A stretch of 41,349 nucleotides of DNA from the sequence record DRR723986_22372. The stretch is one strand, 5' to 3'. This document shows, piece after piece, positions 27,138 through 37,007 of this stretch; within the stretch, counting starts at the first letter, position 1, and each line of letters starts with the position of its first letter. The notes beneath the pieces are model-generated. The model made no database searches and was not told the origin of the DNA. It saw only the letters and a program-made list of their open reading frames with translations. The position numbers were made by a program, and so were the translations under genes.

Positions 27138-28669
27138 TTTACTAAATATTTTTTAGGGAAAATCAGAATTAATATCAGGCAAACTGATACCAACAGTAGA
27201 AAAAATAGTGCAGGTAATCCTCCAATAACTGACAAGATCCTCACCCCGTCAATTCCTGAAAAAGTAATCATAACCCAAGATAAGAAGCCGATTAGGACTC
27301 CCCAAATCACTTTAAGATTAGTGTCTGAGCGAAATGGATCTCCATCTTGCTTTTTCATACTAATGCTCGCCAAGGCATCTGTACTGGAATCTGCAGCTGT
27401 GACATAGGAGATAAATATGCCAAGGATAAAGAGTTGGGCAAACATTTTGAAATACCCCATGTCTTCAAAAACCTGGTAAATAATAGATTCAGGGCCTGAG
27501 TTTAAAAATAAACCTTTGTAAACCTCAGAGTCATTAGAAGCGAAATCTACCGTAGTTCCTCCAAATATCCCCATCCAAATCAGGCAAAAAAGAGCTGGTA
27601 AAAACCAATTGACTAGTAGAAATTCTCGGACTGTTCTACCTATGGCTATTTTCCCTAGGAAAAGTGCTGTCATTGGAGCCCATGCCATCCACATGGCAAA
27701 ATTAAAAGTGGACCAATCGTAAGTCCAACTATTTCCCGCTCCACTCAATTGAAGACTTAGATCAGTGAAATTTGAAAAGTATTCGATAAAACCAGTTCCT
27801 ATAGAATTAAATATCTGGGCCTTTTCCCCAAATATCACAAATAGAATAGCGATCAGGAAAAAGAAGCCAAGATTGAACAGGGATAGGTTTTTAATTCCTT
27901 TTTCAATGCCCGTCGAAGCGGAAATTATGAAGGTTAATAAGATTGCCAAAGTAATTATGACTGTCAGAAAAGTAGGGTCTAGCTGCGGAAAAAAAGCTAA
28001 AAAACCACCAGATAAACTTAATATCCCAGCTCCTAGAGCTGCTGCCATACCAGTTACGAGGGCGAATAGGCTAAACATATCCAAACCCGCTACCCAGAAT
28101 TTATTGGGGTAAGAGCCAAGAATAGGCCTCAGCATGATACTGAGACTAAAATTGCTTTTGCCGGAATAATACATCAATGCAAAAACTAGGGCCGGAACGG
28201 CGTAAATTGCATAAGGGGTAAAACCCCAATGAAAGTATAAAGCTCCTAAAGCAAATGATTTAGCAGCTTCTGAATTAGGTTCAAACCCCTTGAATTCCGG
28301 CGGAAACAAATAATGTGAGAGTGGTTCTGCACTTCCCCAAAACAAGATACCAACAGCTATGGTTGTGCATAGGACTATTGCAAACCAGCTGATTCTTTTC
28401 AGTCTTGGAATCGCATTTTGACCACCGATTTTATAGTTTCCAAGAGGTGAAAATATTGCAACTGCCGTAAGTAAAGTCATGAGCAAGGAAACCCAGCTGA
28501 ATCCTAAACTAAAGTGGCTAAGTATGAGTTGTTGTATATTCTTGAATACTGCAATAAAGGATTTCGGGAATATGATGCTACTGATAACAGCAACTATTAA
28601 TAGAATAAAAGGTGGCCAAAAGACCCAAGGGCGAACATTAAAACTGAAAAATGTAGTATTTCTTGTCAT
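27131..28669 (-). CDS. BCCT family transporter
   Basis: About 12 TM helices; SWF, FWGSAEPL.H, FHWG..PYAIY, GIEKGIK.LS.FN, GRTVREF, TAADS, GLP. Confidence 0.9.
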   Translation of the reverse strand: MTRNTTFFSFNVRPWVFWPPFILLIVAVISSIIFPKSFIAVFKNIQQLILSHFSLGFSWVSLLMTLLTAVAIFSPLGNYKIGGQNAIPRLKRISWFAIVLCTTIAVGILFWGSAEPLSHYLFPPEFKGFEPNSEAAKSFALGALYFHWGFTPYAIYAVPALVFALMYYSGKSNFSLSIMLRPILGSYPNKFWVAGLDMFSLFALVTGMAAALGAGILSLSGGFLAFFPQLDPTFLTVIITLAILLTFIISASTGIEKGIKNLSLFNLGFFFLIAILFVIFGEKAQIFNSIGTGFIEYFSNFTDLSLQLSGAGNSWTYDWSTFNFAMWMAWAPMTALFLGKIAIGRTVREFLLVNWFLPALFCLIWMGIFGGTTVDFASNDSEVYKGLFLNSGPESIIYQVFEDMGYFKMFAQLFILGIFISYVTAADSSTDALASISMKKQDGDPFRSDTNLKVIWGVLIGFLSWVMITFSGIDGVRILSVIGGLPALFFLLLVSVCLILILIFPKKYLVNQ

Positions 28670-28747
28670 GAATCAGGAAGATACCAGGTTTCGAATTCTT
28701 ACAAAAATGAGTGAATATTTTGTGTTTAAATATCAACTGCTTTCCGT

Positions 28748-29146
28748 ATGAATAAAATTAAATCAAGTGCTCTTTATATAATGGCCATTTTTTACCTTTT
28801 AGCTGGTCTTAATCATTTTATTAATCCAGATGGTTACTTGAGATTGATTCCAGAATATCTTCCCTTTCACTACGCATTAAATTTTGTAGCAGGGATATGT
28901 GAAGTTAGTTTTGGTATAGGTCTATTTTTTCCAAAATCAAGATCGCTAGCTTCTTGGGGTATCATTGTAATGCTGTTGGCATTCATTCCAGCTCATGTTT
29001 ACTTCATTCAACTCAATTCTTGTGTTGATAATGGACTTTGTTTGCCGTCGTGGACCGGGTGGTTTCGGCTTGTAATTATCCATCCTTTATTGATTTATTG
29101 GGCGTATTTATACACTTCTGAGAGGTATATACTTACCAAAAATTAG
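28748..29146 (+). CDS. DoxX-like membrane protein
   Basis: AGLNHF.NP..Y..LIP.YLP, GICE, PAH, four hydrophobic segments. Confidence 0.8.
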   Translation: MNKIKSSALYIMAIFYLLAGLNHFINPDGYLRLIPEYLPFHYALNFVAGICEVSFGIGLFFPKSRSLASWGIIVMLLAFIPAHVYFIQLNSCVDNGLCLPSWTGWFRLVIIHPLLIYWAYLYTSERYILTKN

Positions 29147-29163
29147 TGAAATCATTAAGTCTT

Positions 29164-29178
29164 GTTAGTAATACTAAC
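29164..29178. promoter_or_regulatory. Candidate TetR operator palindrome
   Basis: GTTAGTA-A-TACTAAC perfect 7-1-7 inverted repeat about 67 nt upstream of the TetR ATG. Confidence 0.6.
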
Positions 29179-29244
29179 TTTTTGAAAGATTTGTTAACTT
29201 TTTTCTTACTACGGCGTTATCAGGATAGTCAAAAAGTTTTTTTT

Positions 29245-29922
29245 ATGGAGAATTTGTTGAATAACATAAAAATGGAGGTGCATGATAATCTATACCTAAA
29301 GGAACCATTCAGCTCTGAGTTGGGTAGTTCCATAGTGCAGGAGGGAGCTATTCTCATCCGCAACTTAGGTTTGGAAAATTTTACCTTTAAAAAATTGGCA
29401 GTGCATATTGGTGTAACTGAAGCAGCTGTTTATAGGTATTTCGAAAATAAACACATGTTGTTGCTGTATCTTACTGCCTGGTATTGGGCTTGGATGGAAG
29501 TCAATTATGTGTATGCTACAGCAAATTTGGAAAGCAGCAAGGCCCGACTTACCATTGCCATGAAACTTATAGTCAATGGACCGTTTTTCATGAGAAATGC
29601 ACATTTAGACCCAGAAAACCTAAGAAGCATAGTAGTTAATGAATCACTCAAAGGATACTTGACCAAGACGGTAGATGTAGAGCATGAAAATGGGATTTTC
29701 GCTCAAGTTTATAATTTCGGTGAGCGGATTTCTGAATTGATTTATGAAATAAACCCAACCTATCCCTATCCAAAGACTTTGGCATACACAGTCATGGAGG
29801 CAAGTTTACTCCATGCATTTAACGCCAAGCATTTACCGGGCATGACGGAACAATCCTTGGATTCTAAAAACCGTCTGGTCTTTTTTGAAGATTTAATATT
29901 AAAGGCAATTTCCAATGAATAA
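29245..29922 (+). CDS. TetR/AcrR family transcriptional regulator
   Basis: HTH GLENFTFKKLA..IGVTEAAVYRYFENK; ATG 29245 preferred over GTG 29146. Confidence 0.9.
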   Translation: MENLLNNIKMEVHDNLYLKEPFSSELGSSIVQEGAILIRNLGLENFTFKKLAVHIGVTEAAVYRYFENKHMLLLYLTAWYWAWMEVNYVYATANLESSKARLTIAMKLIVNGPFFMRNAHLDPENLRSIVVNESLKGYLTKTVDVEHENGIFAQVYNFGERISELIYEINPTYPYPKTLAYTVMEASLLHAFNAKHLPGMTEQSLDSKNRLVFFEDLILKAISNE

Positions 29923-31624
29923 TACAAAGACAACCACTCCGATGAAGCGATTTTTCAATCTGCTGAAAGAGGAAAAGGAAGAAGTATATTCAATTTACTT
30001 TTACGCAATATTGAATGGATTGGTAGCGCTATCTCTACCATTGGGTATTCAGGCTATATTAAACTTCGTACTTGGGGGGAGAATCACTACTTCATGGGTA
30101 ATTCTCGTTTTGGTAGTTGCTGCAGGGATAGCCTTCGGAGGATTTTTGCAGATCTCGCAATTACAGATCACGGAGAAATTACAACAAAGAATTTTTGCGA
30201 AATCAGGACTTTCTTTGGCTTACAGATTACCAAAAGTTAAGTCGGAGCTTCTGCATGGAGCGTATGCACCAGAGATTGTAAATCGTTTCTTCGATACAGT
30301 TAATCTTCAAAAAGGAGTTTCAAAAATTTTGGTGGAATATTCTACTGCTCTGATTCAGGTGATATTTGGACTCATACTCTTATCCTTTTATCACGCTACA
30401 TTTATCCTATTTGGAATCGTTTTGGTATTGATATTAATTACCATTTTCTATTTCACCAGTCCAAAAGGAATGGCAACTGCCTTGAAAGAATCTACCTATA
30501 AATATGAAACTGCCTACTGGCTGGAGGAAATAGGAAGAACCCTAAATACATTTAAACTGGTCGGCGGAAATTCTAAGTTGCCTATTCTTCGAGTGGATAA
30601 ATTACTCAAACGATACATAGATTTTAGATCGAATCATTTTTCTGTTTTGATCCTTCAATATAAAGTTTTGATAGGCTTCAAAGTATTGATAGTTACTAGC
30701 TTACTAATAGCTGGTAGCTTGTTGCTGATCAATGATCAAATCAGTATTGGTCAATTCGTAGCTGCAGAGGTAATTATCCTTATGGTCGTTAACGCGGTGG
30801 AGAAACTAATACTTTCCCTAGAAACAGTATATGATACGTTAGTTGCTACGGAGAAACTCGGTCAGGTCATGGATATCGAGCTGGAAGACCACAAAGAGTC
30901 TGAGAAGGATATTACACAACAGTCAAACGGGATTAAACTTGCAATGGAAAACTTGGTTTTTCAGCCGAGAGATGTGAGTAAACCTATTGTGAATGGTGTT
31001 ACGCTTACAATAGAACCTGGAGTCAAAGCAGTTATTACAGGAAAAAGCGGTAGTGGGAAAAGTGCTATGCTAGCATTGTTTTCTGGCCTTTATCAGACCT
31101 ATAAGGGTACCATTAAAATCAATGATCTTTCTCTTGACTTGATTCATTTGGATAAGTATCGTACAGTAGTGGGGGATTGTATGGAATTGCAGCAGATATT
31201 TCACGGTTCGATCGCTGAAAACATTTTGGTAGGGAGAGAAATTGATCCCGAACAGTTGAAATTTCTTATTGAATTAGTTGGCTTAAAGGAATTTATATAT
31301 CAATTGCCAGATGATTTGAACACTATATTATTACCGGAGGGAAGGGGGTTATCCAGAAAAATGGCTCAGGCAATTATGCTAGCTAGGGCATTGGTAGGTC
31401 AGCCTAAAGCTATGATTTTGGAAAATGCCTTACTGCATCTTGATGAAGAAGTAAAGAATAGAGTACAGTCTTACTTATTTCAAGGGGACTGGACGTTACT
31501 TATGGTCACCCAAGATGTAGATGTCATCAAATCAGCCCAGCAGGTAATTGTTATGGATAATGGTACTATGATTTATCAGGGAAATCAATCTGGATATCAA
31601 AATTTTTTAAACACTAACGCTTAA
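29915..31624 (+). CDS. ABC exporter (TMD plus NBD), type I secretion-like, no C39 peptidase domain, atypical NBD motifs
   Basis: About six TM segments, SIGQFVAAE, Walker A GKSGSGKS; signature reads LSRKM, Walker B reads MILEN, H-loop reads VTQ. Confidence 0.9.
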   Translation: MNNTKTTTPMKRFFNLLKEEKEEVYSIYFYAILNGLVALSLPLGIQAILNFVLGGRITTSWVILVLVVAAGIAFGGFLQISQLQITEKLQQRIFAKSGLSLAYRLPKVKSELLHGAYAPEIVNRFFDTVNLQKGVSKILVEYSTALIQVIFGLILLSFYHATFILFGIVLVLILITIFYFTSPKGMATALKESTYKYETAYWLEEIGRTLNTFKLVGGNSKLPILRVDKLLKRYIDFRSNHFSVLILQYKVLIGFKVLIVTSLLIAGSLLLINDQISIGQFVAAEVIILMVVNAVEKLILSLETVYDTLVATEKLGQVMDIELEDHKESEKDITQQSNGIKLAMENLVFQPRDVSKPIVNGVTLTIEPGVKAVITGKSGSGKSAMLALFSGLYQTYKGTIKINDLSLDLIHLDKYRTVVGDCMELQQIFHGSIAENILVGREIDPEQLKFLIELVGLKEFIYQLPDDLNTILLPEGRGLSRKMAQAIMLARALVGQPKAMILENALLHLDEEVKNRVQSYLFQGDWTLLMVTQDVDVIKSAQQVIVMDNGTMIYQGNQSGYQNFLNTNA

Positions 31625-31629
31625 GAAAA

Positions 31630-32985
31630 ATGTTAAATATCTCTGAAAATAAAATCTTGGATAGAAGTCATTTCGAGCATACAGAAAGCCTCAAAATGAC
31701 TGTGGCAAGTAAGCAAAAGAAAAGAAGAGTTAGAATTCTTTTTGTATCCTGCTGCGTTGTATTTCTTATCCTTTTTCTTCCTTGGACCCAGTACATTCGA
31801 TCCAAAGGATACGTGACAATGCTACAGCCTGAGCATAGAGCACAAACTATACAATCGGTAATTGCCGGAAGAATCGAAAAATGGTATGTGAATGAAGGTG
31901 CTTTTGTCTCTAAAGGTGATACTATAGTTAGTATCACAGAAGTGAAAGATGAGTATTTCGATTCCTTGCTCTTGCCTAGAACCCAGCTTCAAGTGCAAGC
32001 CAAAAACTTATCAGCCCTTTCTTACAAGGAAAAAGTAAAAGCTTTGGAAAGTCAGATTGAAGCGCTGAAGCGGAATAATATCCTAAGAAAGGAGCAAGCC
32101 AGAAATAAACTAGAAATGGCTGAACTGAAAGTGGAGTCTGATAGTATTAGGTTTGAACAGGCTAAGGTGAACTACGAAATCGGCGTGAAACAATTGGGAA
32201 GAGCCGAAAAACTTTACGAAGAGGGGTTACGATCCCTGACTGATCTTGAAACCCGGAGGTTAAAGTTTCAGGAAGTGCAGGCTAGCGTTATTGGAGCAGA
32301 AAACAGTTTGTTAAGTAGTAGAAATTCTTACATCTCAGCTTTATTGGAGCTCGATGCAATTGATAACGACTTCAGAGACAAGCTATCTAAGGCAGAGTCT
32401 GATATGTTCACAGCTCAATCTAGTCAATACGATGCCGAAGGGTCTGCTACAAAACTGGAAAACCAATATTCCAATTATGAAGCAAGGACTGGATTTAGGC
32501 ATATTTTGGCACCCCAGGATGGCTTTATCGCGGAAGCTATCCAAGTAGGACTCGGCGAGACCGTCAAAGAAGGTGATCAAATCGTGAATATTGTGCCTTC
32601 AAATGGTGAACTCGCAGTAGAGATGTTTATCTCTCCGGTGGATTTACCATTGATGGAAGTAGGGAAAAAAGTACGCTTCATATTTGATGGATGGCCAGCG
32701 ATTGTATTTACGGGATGGCCTAGAATTTCCAATGGTACTTTTGGAGGTGTGATCGTAGCAGTAGATCAGTTTGCTGGTAAGTCCAATCAATTCAGAGTTC
32801 TGGTGGCCGAAGATCCAGAAGAAGAGCCTTGGCCATCAGTCTTGCGTGTAGGTTCTGGGGCAGATGGAATTGCATTACTTAATGATGTACCGGTTTGGTA
32901 TGAACTCTGGCGTCAATTGAACGGCTTCCCTGCGGATTTCTACACCAGAAAAGAGAAAGAACAAATAGCAAAAGGACAGAAATGA
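31630..32985 (+). CDS. HlyD family membrane fusion protein
   Basis: N-terminal TM (LFLPWTQ); lipoyl halves IAGRI..WYVNEG..VSKGD and ILAPQDG; long coiled coil; beta-barrel region. Confidence 0.92.
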   Translation: MLNISENKILDRSHFEHTESLKMTVASKQKKRRVRILFVSCCVVFLILFLPWTQYIRSKGYVTMLQPEHRAQTIQSVIAGRIEKWYVNEGAFVSKGDTIVSITEVKDEYFDSLLLPRTQLQVQAKNLSALSYKEKVKALESQIEALKRNNILRKEQARNKLEMAELKVESDSIRFEQAKVNYEIGVKQLGRAEKLYEEGLRSLTDLETRRLKFQEVQASVIGAENSLLSSRNSYISALLELDAIDNDFRDKLSKAESDMFTAQSSQYDAEGSATKLENQYSNYEARTGFRHILAPQDGFIAEAIQVGLGETVKEGDQIVNIVPSNGELAVEMFISPVDLPLMEVGKKVRFIFDGWPAIVFTGWPRISNGTFGGVIVAVDQFAGKSNQFRVLVAEDPEEEPWPSVLRVGSGADGIALLNDVPVWYELWRQLNGFPADFYTRKEKEQIAKGQK

Positions 32986-34370
32986 AAAGATCGTTTTTTA
33001 CTTTCTTACTTTTAATCTTTGGATTAATCACCTATGCTCAAGATTCTGACACTTTGAGGTTTGAGGACTATATGGAATGGGTGAAATCCTACCATCCTAT
33101 TTCCGCACAGGCAGATATTATGCTTACCATGGGAGATATGGAAGTTCGAACCGCAAGGGGTGGTTTTGATCCTTTACTTTACGGAAATCTAGATGAGAAA
33201 AGCTTTGATGAAAAGTCCTATTACGATAAACGTGAAGCAGGAATTTCTATCCCAACATGGGCTGGTATAGAAATTAACGGGGCTTTTGAGCAGAATTCTG
33301 GTCAATACCTAAATCCTGAAAACTCTGTTCCAACCGGAGGATTGCTTTCTGCTGGAGCCTCGATCAACCTTGGTCAAGGATTGATATTGGATGATAGAAG
33401 GGCTGGCTTAAGAAAGGCTCAGATATATCAGCAGTCCACTGAATCTGAGCGCCAAAGGCTTCTAAATGAATTATATCTACAGGCTACTGGTGCGTATTGG
33501 AATTGGTCCTTGGCTTTTGCAAATAGGGAATTGCAAGCTGAAGGTGTAGAATTGGCAAAGGTTAGGTTTAGGGGGATCAAGATTAGTTTCGAGCAAGGAG
33601 ATTTTCCAGCTATCGATACTGTTGAGGCTGCTACACAACTTTTGAACAGGGAATACAATCTACAAAAGGCCGAGAATGAGCTTTTCATGAGGACACAGGA
33701 TCTCAATAATTTTCTTTGGGATGAAACAGGTAATCCGATTGCATTGGACGTTCAAGTTAAGCCAGAGGAATTATTCTCGGATCAGCCTCTGATTCTGAAT
33801 GAGGAGGAGTTGCGGATTATGATTGCAGATCACCCAGAATTAATGTTAGCTGATTTTGAATTAGCTAGTTTGGACGTGGAAAGACGTCTTAAGACCCAAC
33901 AGATTATACCTGTAGTAAAACTGAAGTATAATTTTCTTACCGAGAACCTTAATCAATTTGATCAGGCAGGATTTTTTGAAAATAATTATAAGTGGGGATT
34001 GACCGTCTATACGCCATTGATGTGGAGAAAGGCGAGGGGAGGAATGCGTTTGGCGGAGGCCAAAATAGACTTTAAGCAAAATTCCAGGGACTTGAAAGAA
34101 CTTCAGCTTCGTACAAAACTTGAAAATGAACTTAATAGTTGGAGTGTTATAAATAATCAAATAGCCACATACACTAGAAATGTAGCTGCATTACAAATGT
34201 TACTTCAAGGGGAATTGAGAAGGTTTGAGATAGGTGAAAGTAGCCTGTTTTTAGTCAATAGCAGAGAAGTTTCTGTATTTAGCTCCCGTGTTACCTTGAA
34301 TGAATTATTATCTAAACGGAAGATTACCTATGCCAAAACCAGATTTGCAGCCGGCGTAGGATTTGAATAA
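32982..34370 (+). CDS. TolC family outer-membrane efflux protein
   Basis: Signal peptide; ARGGFDP, GDFPAIDTVEA, FEIGESSLFLVNSRE; ATGA overlap with hlyD. Confidence 0.9.
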   Translation: MKRSFFTFLLLIFGLITYAQDSDTLRFEDYMEWVKSYHPISAQADIMLTMGDMEVRTARGGFDPLLYGNLDEKSFDEKSYYDKREAGISIPTWAGIEINGAFEQNSGQYLNPENSVPTGGLLSAGASINLGQGLILDDRRAGLRKAQIYQQSTESERQRLLNELYLQATGAYWNWSLAFANRELQAEGVELAKVRFRGIKISFEQGDFPAIDTVEAATQLLNREYNLQKAENELFMRTQDLNNFLWDETGNPIALDVQVKPEELFSDQPLILNEEELRIMIADHPELMLADFELASLDVERRLKTQQIIPVVKLKYNFLTENLNQFDQAGFFENNYKWGLTVYTPLMWRKARGGMRLAEAKIDFKQNSRDLKELQLRTKLENELNSWSVINNQIATYTRNVAALQMLLQGELRRFEIGESSLFLVNSREVSVFSSRVTLNELLSKRKITYAKTRFAAGVGFE

Positions 34371-34444
34371 TTTGGCTACTACTTATGCTAGATCCACTAG
34401 TAGATAATTATCGTAATTTAAATTGAAACCAAAAATCTGATTTT

Positions 34445-34729
34445 ATGCCTGCCTTTGTAATAGTGGAAGTTGATATCACTGATCCAGAAAAATACAATGC
34501 TTACAAGCAACTCACCCCGGCGACAGTTTCTGCTTTTGGTGGAAAGTTTGTATTGAGAGGAAATCCAGTAAAAGTACTGGAGGGAGAATGGAATCATGAG
34601 CGACTCGTAATGTTGCAGTTTCCCAATAAAGAAAAAGCTGAGGCTTGGTATAACTCAGAAGCCTACCAACATGCCAAATCCGTTAGAGAAGGTGCTGCTA
34701 AAGCAAAATTCTTATTAATAGAATCTTGA
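34445..34729 (+). CDS. DUF1330 family protein
   Basis: DPEKY..Y, FGGKFVLRG, LEGEW, FP..E.A.AWYNS.AYQ. Confidence 0.9.
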   Translation: MPAFVIVEVDITDPEKYNAYKQLTPATVSAFGGKFVLRGNPVKVLEGEWNHERLVMLQFPNKEKAEAWYNSEAYQHAKSVREGAAKAKFLLIES

Positions 34730-34754
34730 ACTCTATTAGATTCAGATAGATATC

Positions 34755-34784
34755 AAAAAAGGCTTCCAATAGGAAGCCTTTTTT
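34755..34784. terminator. Bidirectional intrinsic terminator
   Basis: AAAAAAGGCTTCC-AATA-GGAAGCCTTTTTT between convergent genes. Confidence 0.9.
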
Positions 34785-34801
34785 AACTGATAAACAGCCG
34801 A

Positions 34802-35437
34802 TTATAAATCAGGCTGCGGTGTCATTCTTAGATAAGGTTTGATTACTTTGTGTCCTTTAGGAAATTTAGAAGGAATGTCTTCTGTCTTGATTCCCGGAGA
34901 AACTACCACATCTTCACCTTGCTGCCAGTTAGCTGGAGTAGCCACCGAATAGTTAGCCGTGAGCTGCAGAGAATCTATAACTCTAAGAAGCTCGTCAAAG
35001 TTTCTACCGGTACTTGCTGGATAAGAAATGATGAGCTTTACTTTCTTGTCATTTCCGATAATGAAAACGGATCGTACAGTAAAGTTTTCACTTGAATTAG
35101 GATGAATCATATCATACAATTCAGAGACTTTTCTGTCCTGATCTCCGATAATTGGAAAATTAACAGTGGTGTTTTGCGTCTCATTGATGTCTGAAATCCA
35201 TCCTTTATGATTTTCCAAACCATCTACACTTAATGCAAGAACCTTAGTATTTCGCTTCGCAAACTCATCTTTAAGCTTCGCTACTGCACCAAGTTCTGTG
35301 GTACAAACTGGGGTATAATCCGCAGGGTGGGAAAATAAAACTCCCCAACCATCACCCAGATACTCGTAAAAATCAATTTGCCCTTCTGTAGTATCGGCCG
35401 TAAAATTTGGGGCCGTGTCGCCTAGTCGTAATGCCAT
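34802..35437 (-). CDS. 1-Cys peroxiredoxin (Prx6 subfamily)
   Basis: FSHPADYTPVCTTE, YPASTGRNFDE, TPANW, PYLR. Confidence 0.95.
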   Translation of the reverse strand: MALRLGDTAPNFTADTTEGQIDFYEYLGDGWGVLFSHPADYTPVCTTELGAVAKLKDEFAKRNTKVLALSVDGLENHKGWISDINETQNTTVNFPIIGDQDRKVSELYDMIHPNSSENFTVRSVFIIGNDKKVKLIISYPASTGRNFDELLRVIDSLQLTANYSVATPANWQQGEDVVVSPGIKTEDIPSKFPKGHKVIKPYLRMTPQPDL

Positions 35438-35617
35438 TTTGTTTATTGTTTAAAAGTTTTGTTTCGATTCTTCAATATAACGTTCATAGATGCTTTCAGT
35501 TCGTGTTTTTTAAAATCTTTGTGAAAAATTCCCAGAAGGTAAACCCATTTAGATTAATGAGAGTTGTAAGTCCAAGAATAGCTTTTACTTCGTAGATAAA
35601 CTAAAACCAAAACACCC

Positions 35618-35950
35618 ATGAAAACATATTACAACCCAGAGGATCTCAAAAATTTTAGTAAAATAGGTGAATTTCAAAAGCCCCTTGCGGATAAGTTTTT
35701 CGACTATTATGGAGAGGTGTTCGCAGAAGGGGCGTTGACAGCCAGAGAGAAATCATTAATTGCTCTTGCCGTTGCTCATGCTATACAATGCCCGTATTGT
35801 ATCGATGCATATACCACAGATACCATGGAAAAGGGCTGCGATGAAGAACAAATGATGGAAGCAGTACATGTGGCTGCAGCGATTAGGGGAGGAGCTTCGC
35901 TAGTTCACGCTACGCAGATGATGAATAAAGTGAAGGAAATTTCCATGTAA
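35618..35950 (+). CDS. AhpD/CMD-family protein of the type linked to arsenosugar radical SAM loci (TIGR04169-like)
   Basis: EGAL..REKSLIALAVAHAIQCPYCIDAY (CxxC), EAVHVAAAIRGGA; 3 nt upstream of the radical SAM gene. Confidence 0.85.
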   Translation: MKTYYNPEDLKNFSKIGEFQKPLADKFFDYYGEVFAEGALTAREKSLIALAVAHAIQCPYCIDAYTTDTMEKGCDEEQMMEAVHVAAAIRGGASLVHATQMMNKVKEISM

Positions 35951-35953
35951 TTC

Positions 35954-37006
35954 ATGAAGTCACTCAAAGCACAACATCACCGACTCTCGAGTTCAGAAGA
36001 AGAAATTCAAATTTTGGAAAGCAATATGCCTAGCTTTTCAGGAGATCGATTTGTTTCTGAACTTGAGAATTCAAATTTATTTCCATTAAAACCTACCCAA
36101 ATAGAAATCCTTCAAATTAATTTGGGAAAAATGTGTAACCAGGTTTGCAAACATTGTCACGTAGATGCAGGGCCTGATCGAAAAGAAATTATGACTCGTG
36201 AGACGATGAATGAATGTCTAGAAGTCATAAGAAATCACCACATAAATACAATAGATCTGACAGGTGGTGCACCTGAAATGAATCCGGATTTCCGTTGGTT
36301 TGTAGAGCAAATACGAGCTATATCTTCAGAGATTACAATTATTGTCCGGTGTAACCTTACTATTATTCTGGCAAATCCTAAGTACCATGATCTGCCCGAG
36401 TTTTTTAGAAAGCATAAACTTGAAGTAGCTTCGTCTTTGCCCTATTTCACTGCGATGAAGACAGATTCCCAGCGGGGAGATGGTGTTTTTGATAAATCCA
36501 TCAAAGCGCTCAAATTGCTTAATGAACAGGGATATGGAGTAGAAGGGTCTGGTTTGATTTTGAATTTGGTCTATAATCCATCTGGTGCTTTTATGCCAGC
36601 TGCTCAAAGTGGCTTGGAGGCTGAGTTCAAAAAGCGACTTTCTGATAAATTTGATATCACTTTCAATTCACTTTTCACTATTACCAATCTTCCAATCAGT
36701 CGTTTTTTGGAGTATTTGCTTCGAAGCAATAATTATGAAGGATATATGGAAAAGCTGATAGAAAGCTATAATCCAGTTGCAGCAGCTGGAGTGATGTGTA
36801 GAACCACTATTTCTGTAGGTTGGGATGGCTATTTATATGATTGTGATTTTAATCAAATGCTTGAGCTAAAAGTAACATCAGAAGATTCCCGACACATAAG
36901 AGACTGGAATCAACAATCGCTTACTGCTCGTGAAATAATCGTAAAAAATCACTGTTTTGGTTGCACGGCAGGTGCGGGGTCTAGTTGCGGAGGAACTACT
37001 GCTTAG
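35954..37006 (+). CDS. arsS: Radical SAM / Cys-rich protein, arsenosugar biosynthesis ArsS family (TIGR04167-like), Cys form
   Basis: CNQVCKHC (CxxxCxxC), HVDAGP, DLTGGAPE, VMCR…YDCDFNQML, C-terminal HCFGCTAGAGSSCGG. Confidence 0.88.
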   Translation: MKSLKAQHHRLSSSEEEIQILESNMPSFSGDRFVSELENSNLFPLKPTQIEILQINLGKMCNQVCKHCHVDAGPDRKEIMTRETMNECLEVIRNHHINTIDLTGGAPEMNPDFRWFVEQIRAISSEITIIVRCNLTIILANPKYHDLPEFFRKHKLEVASSLPYFTAMKTDSQRGDGVFDKSIKALKLLNEQGYGVEGSGLILNLVYNPSGAFMPAAQSGLEAEFKKRLSDKFDITFNSLFTITNLPISRFLEYLLRSNNYEGYMEKLIESYNPVAAAGVMCRTTISVGWDGYLYDCDFNQMLELKVTSEDSRHIRDWNQQSLTAREIIVKNHCFGCTAGAGSSCGGTTA

Positions 37007-37007
37007 G

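Noticed and set aside
36950-37006. Selenocysteine recoding in the ArsS C-terminal motif
   Set aside because: The SSCGG position is TGC (Cys) and the ORF ends at TAG; no in-frame TGA.
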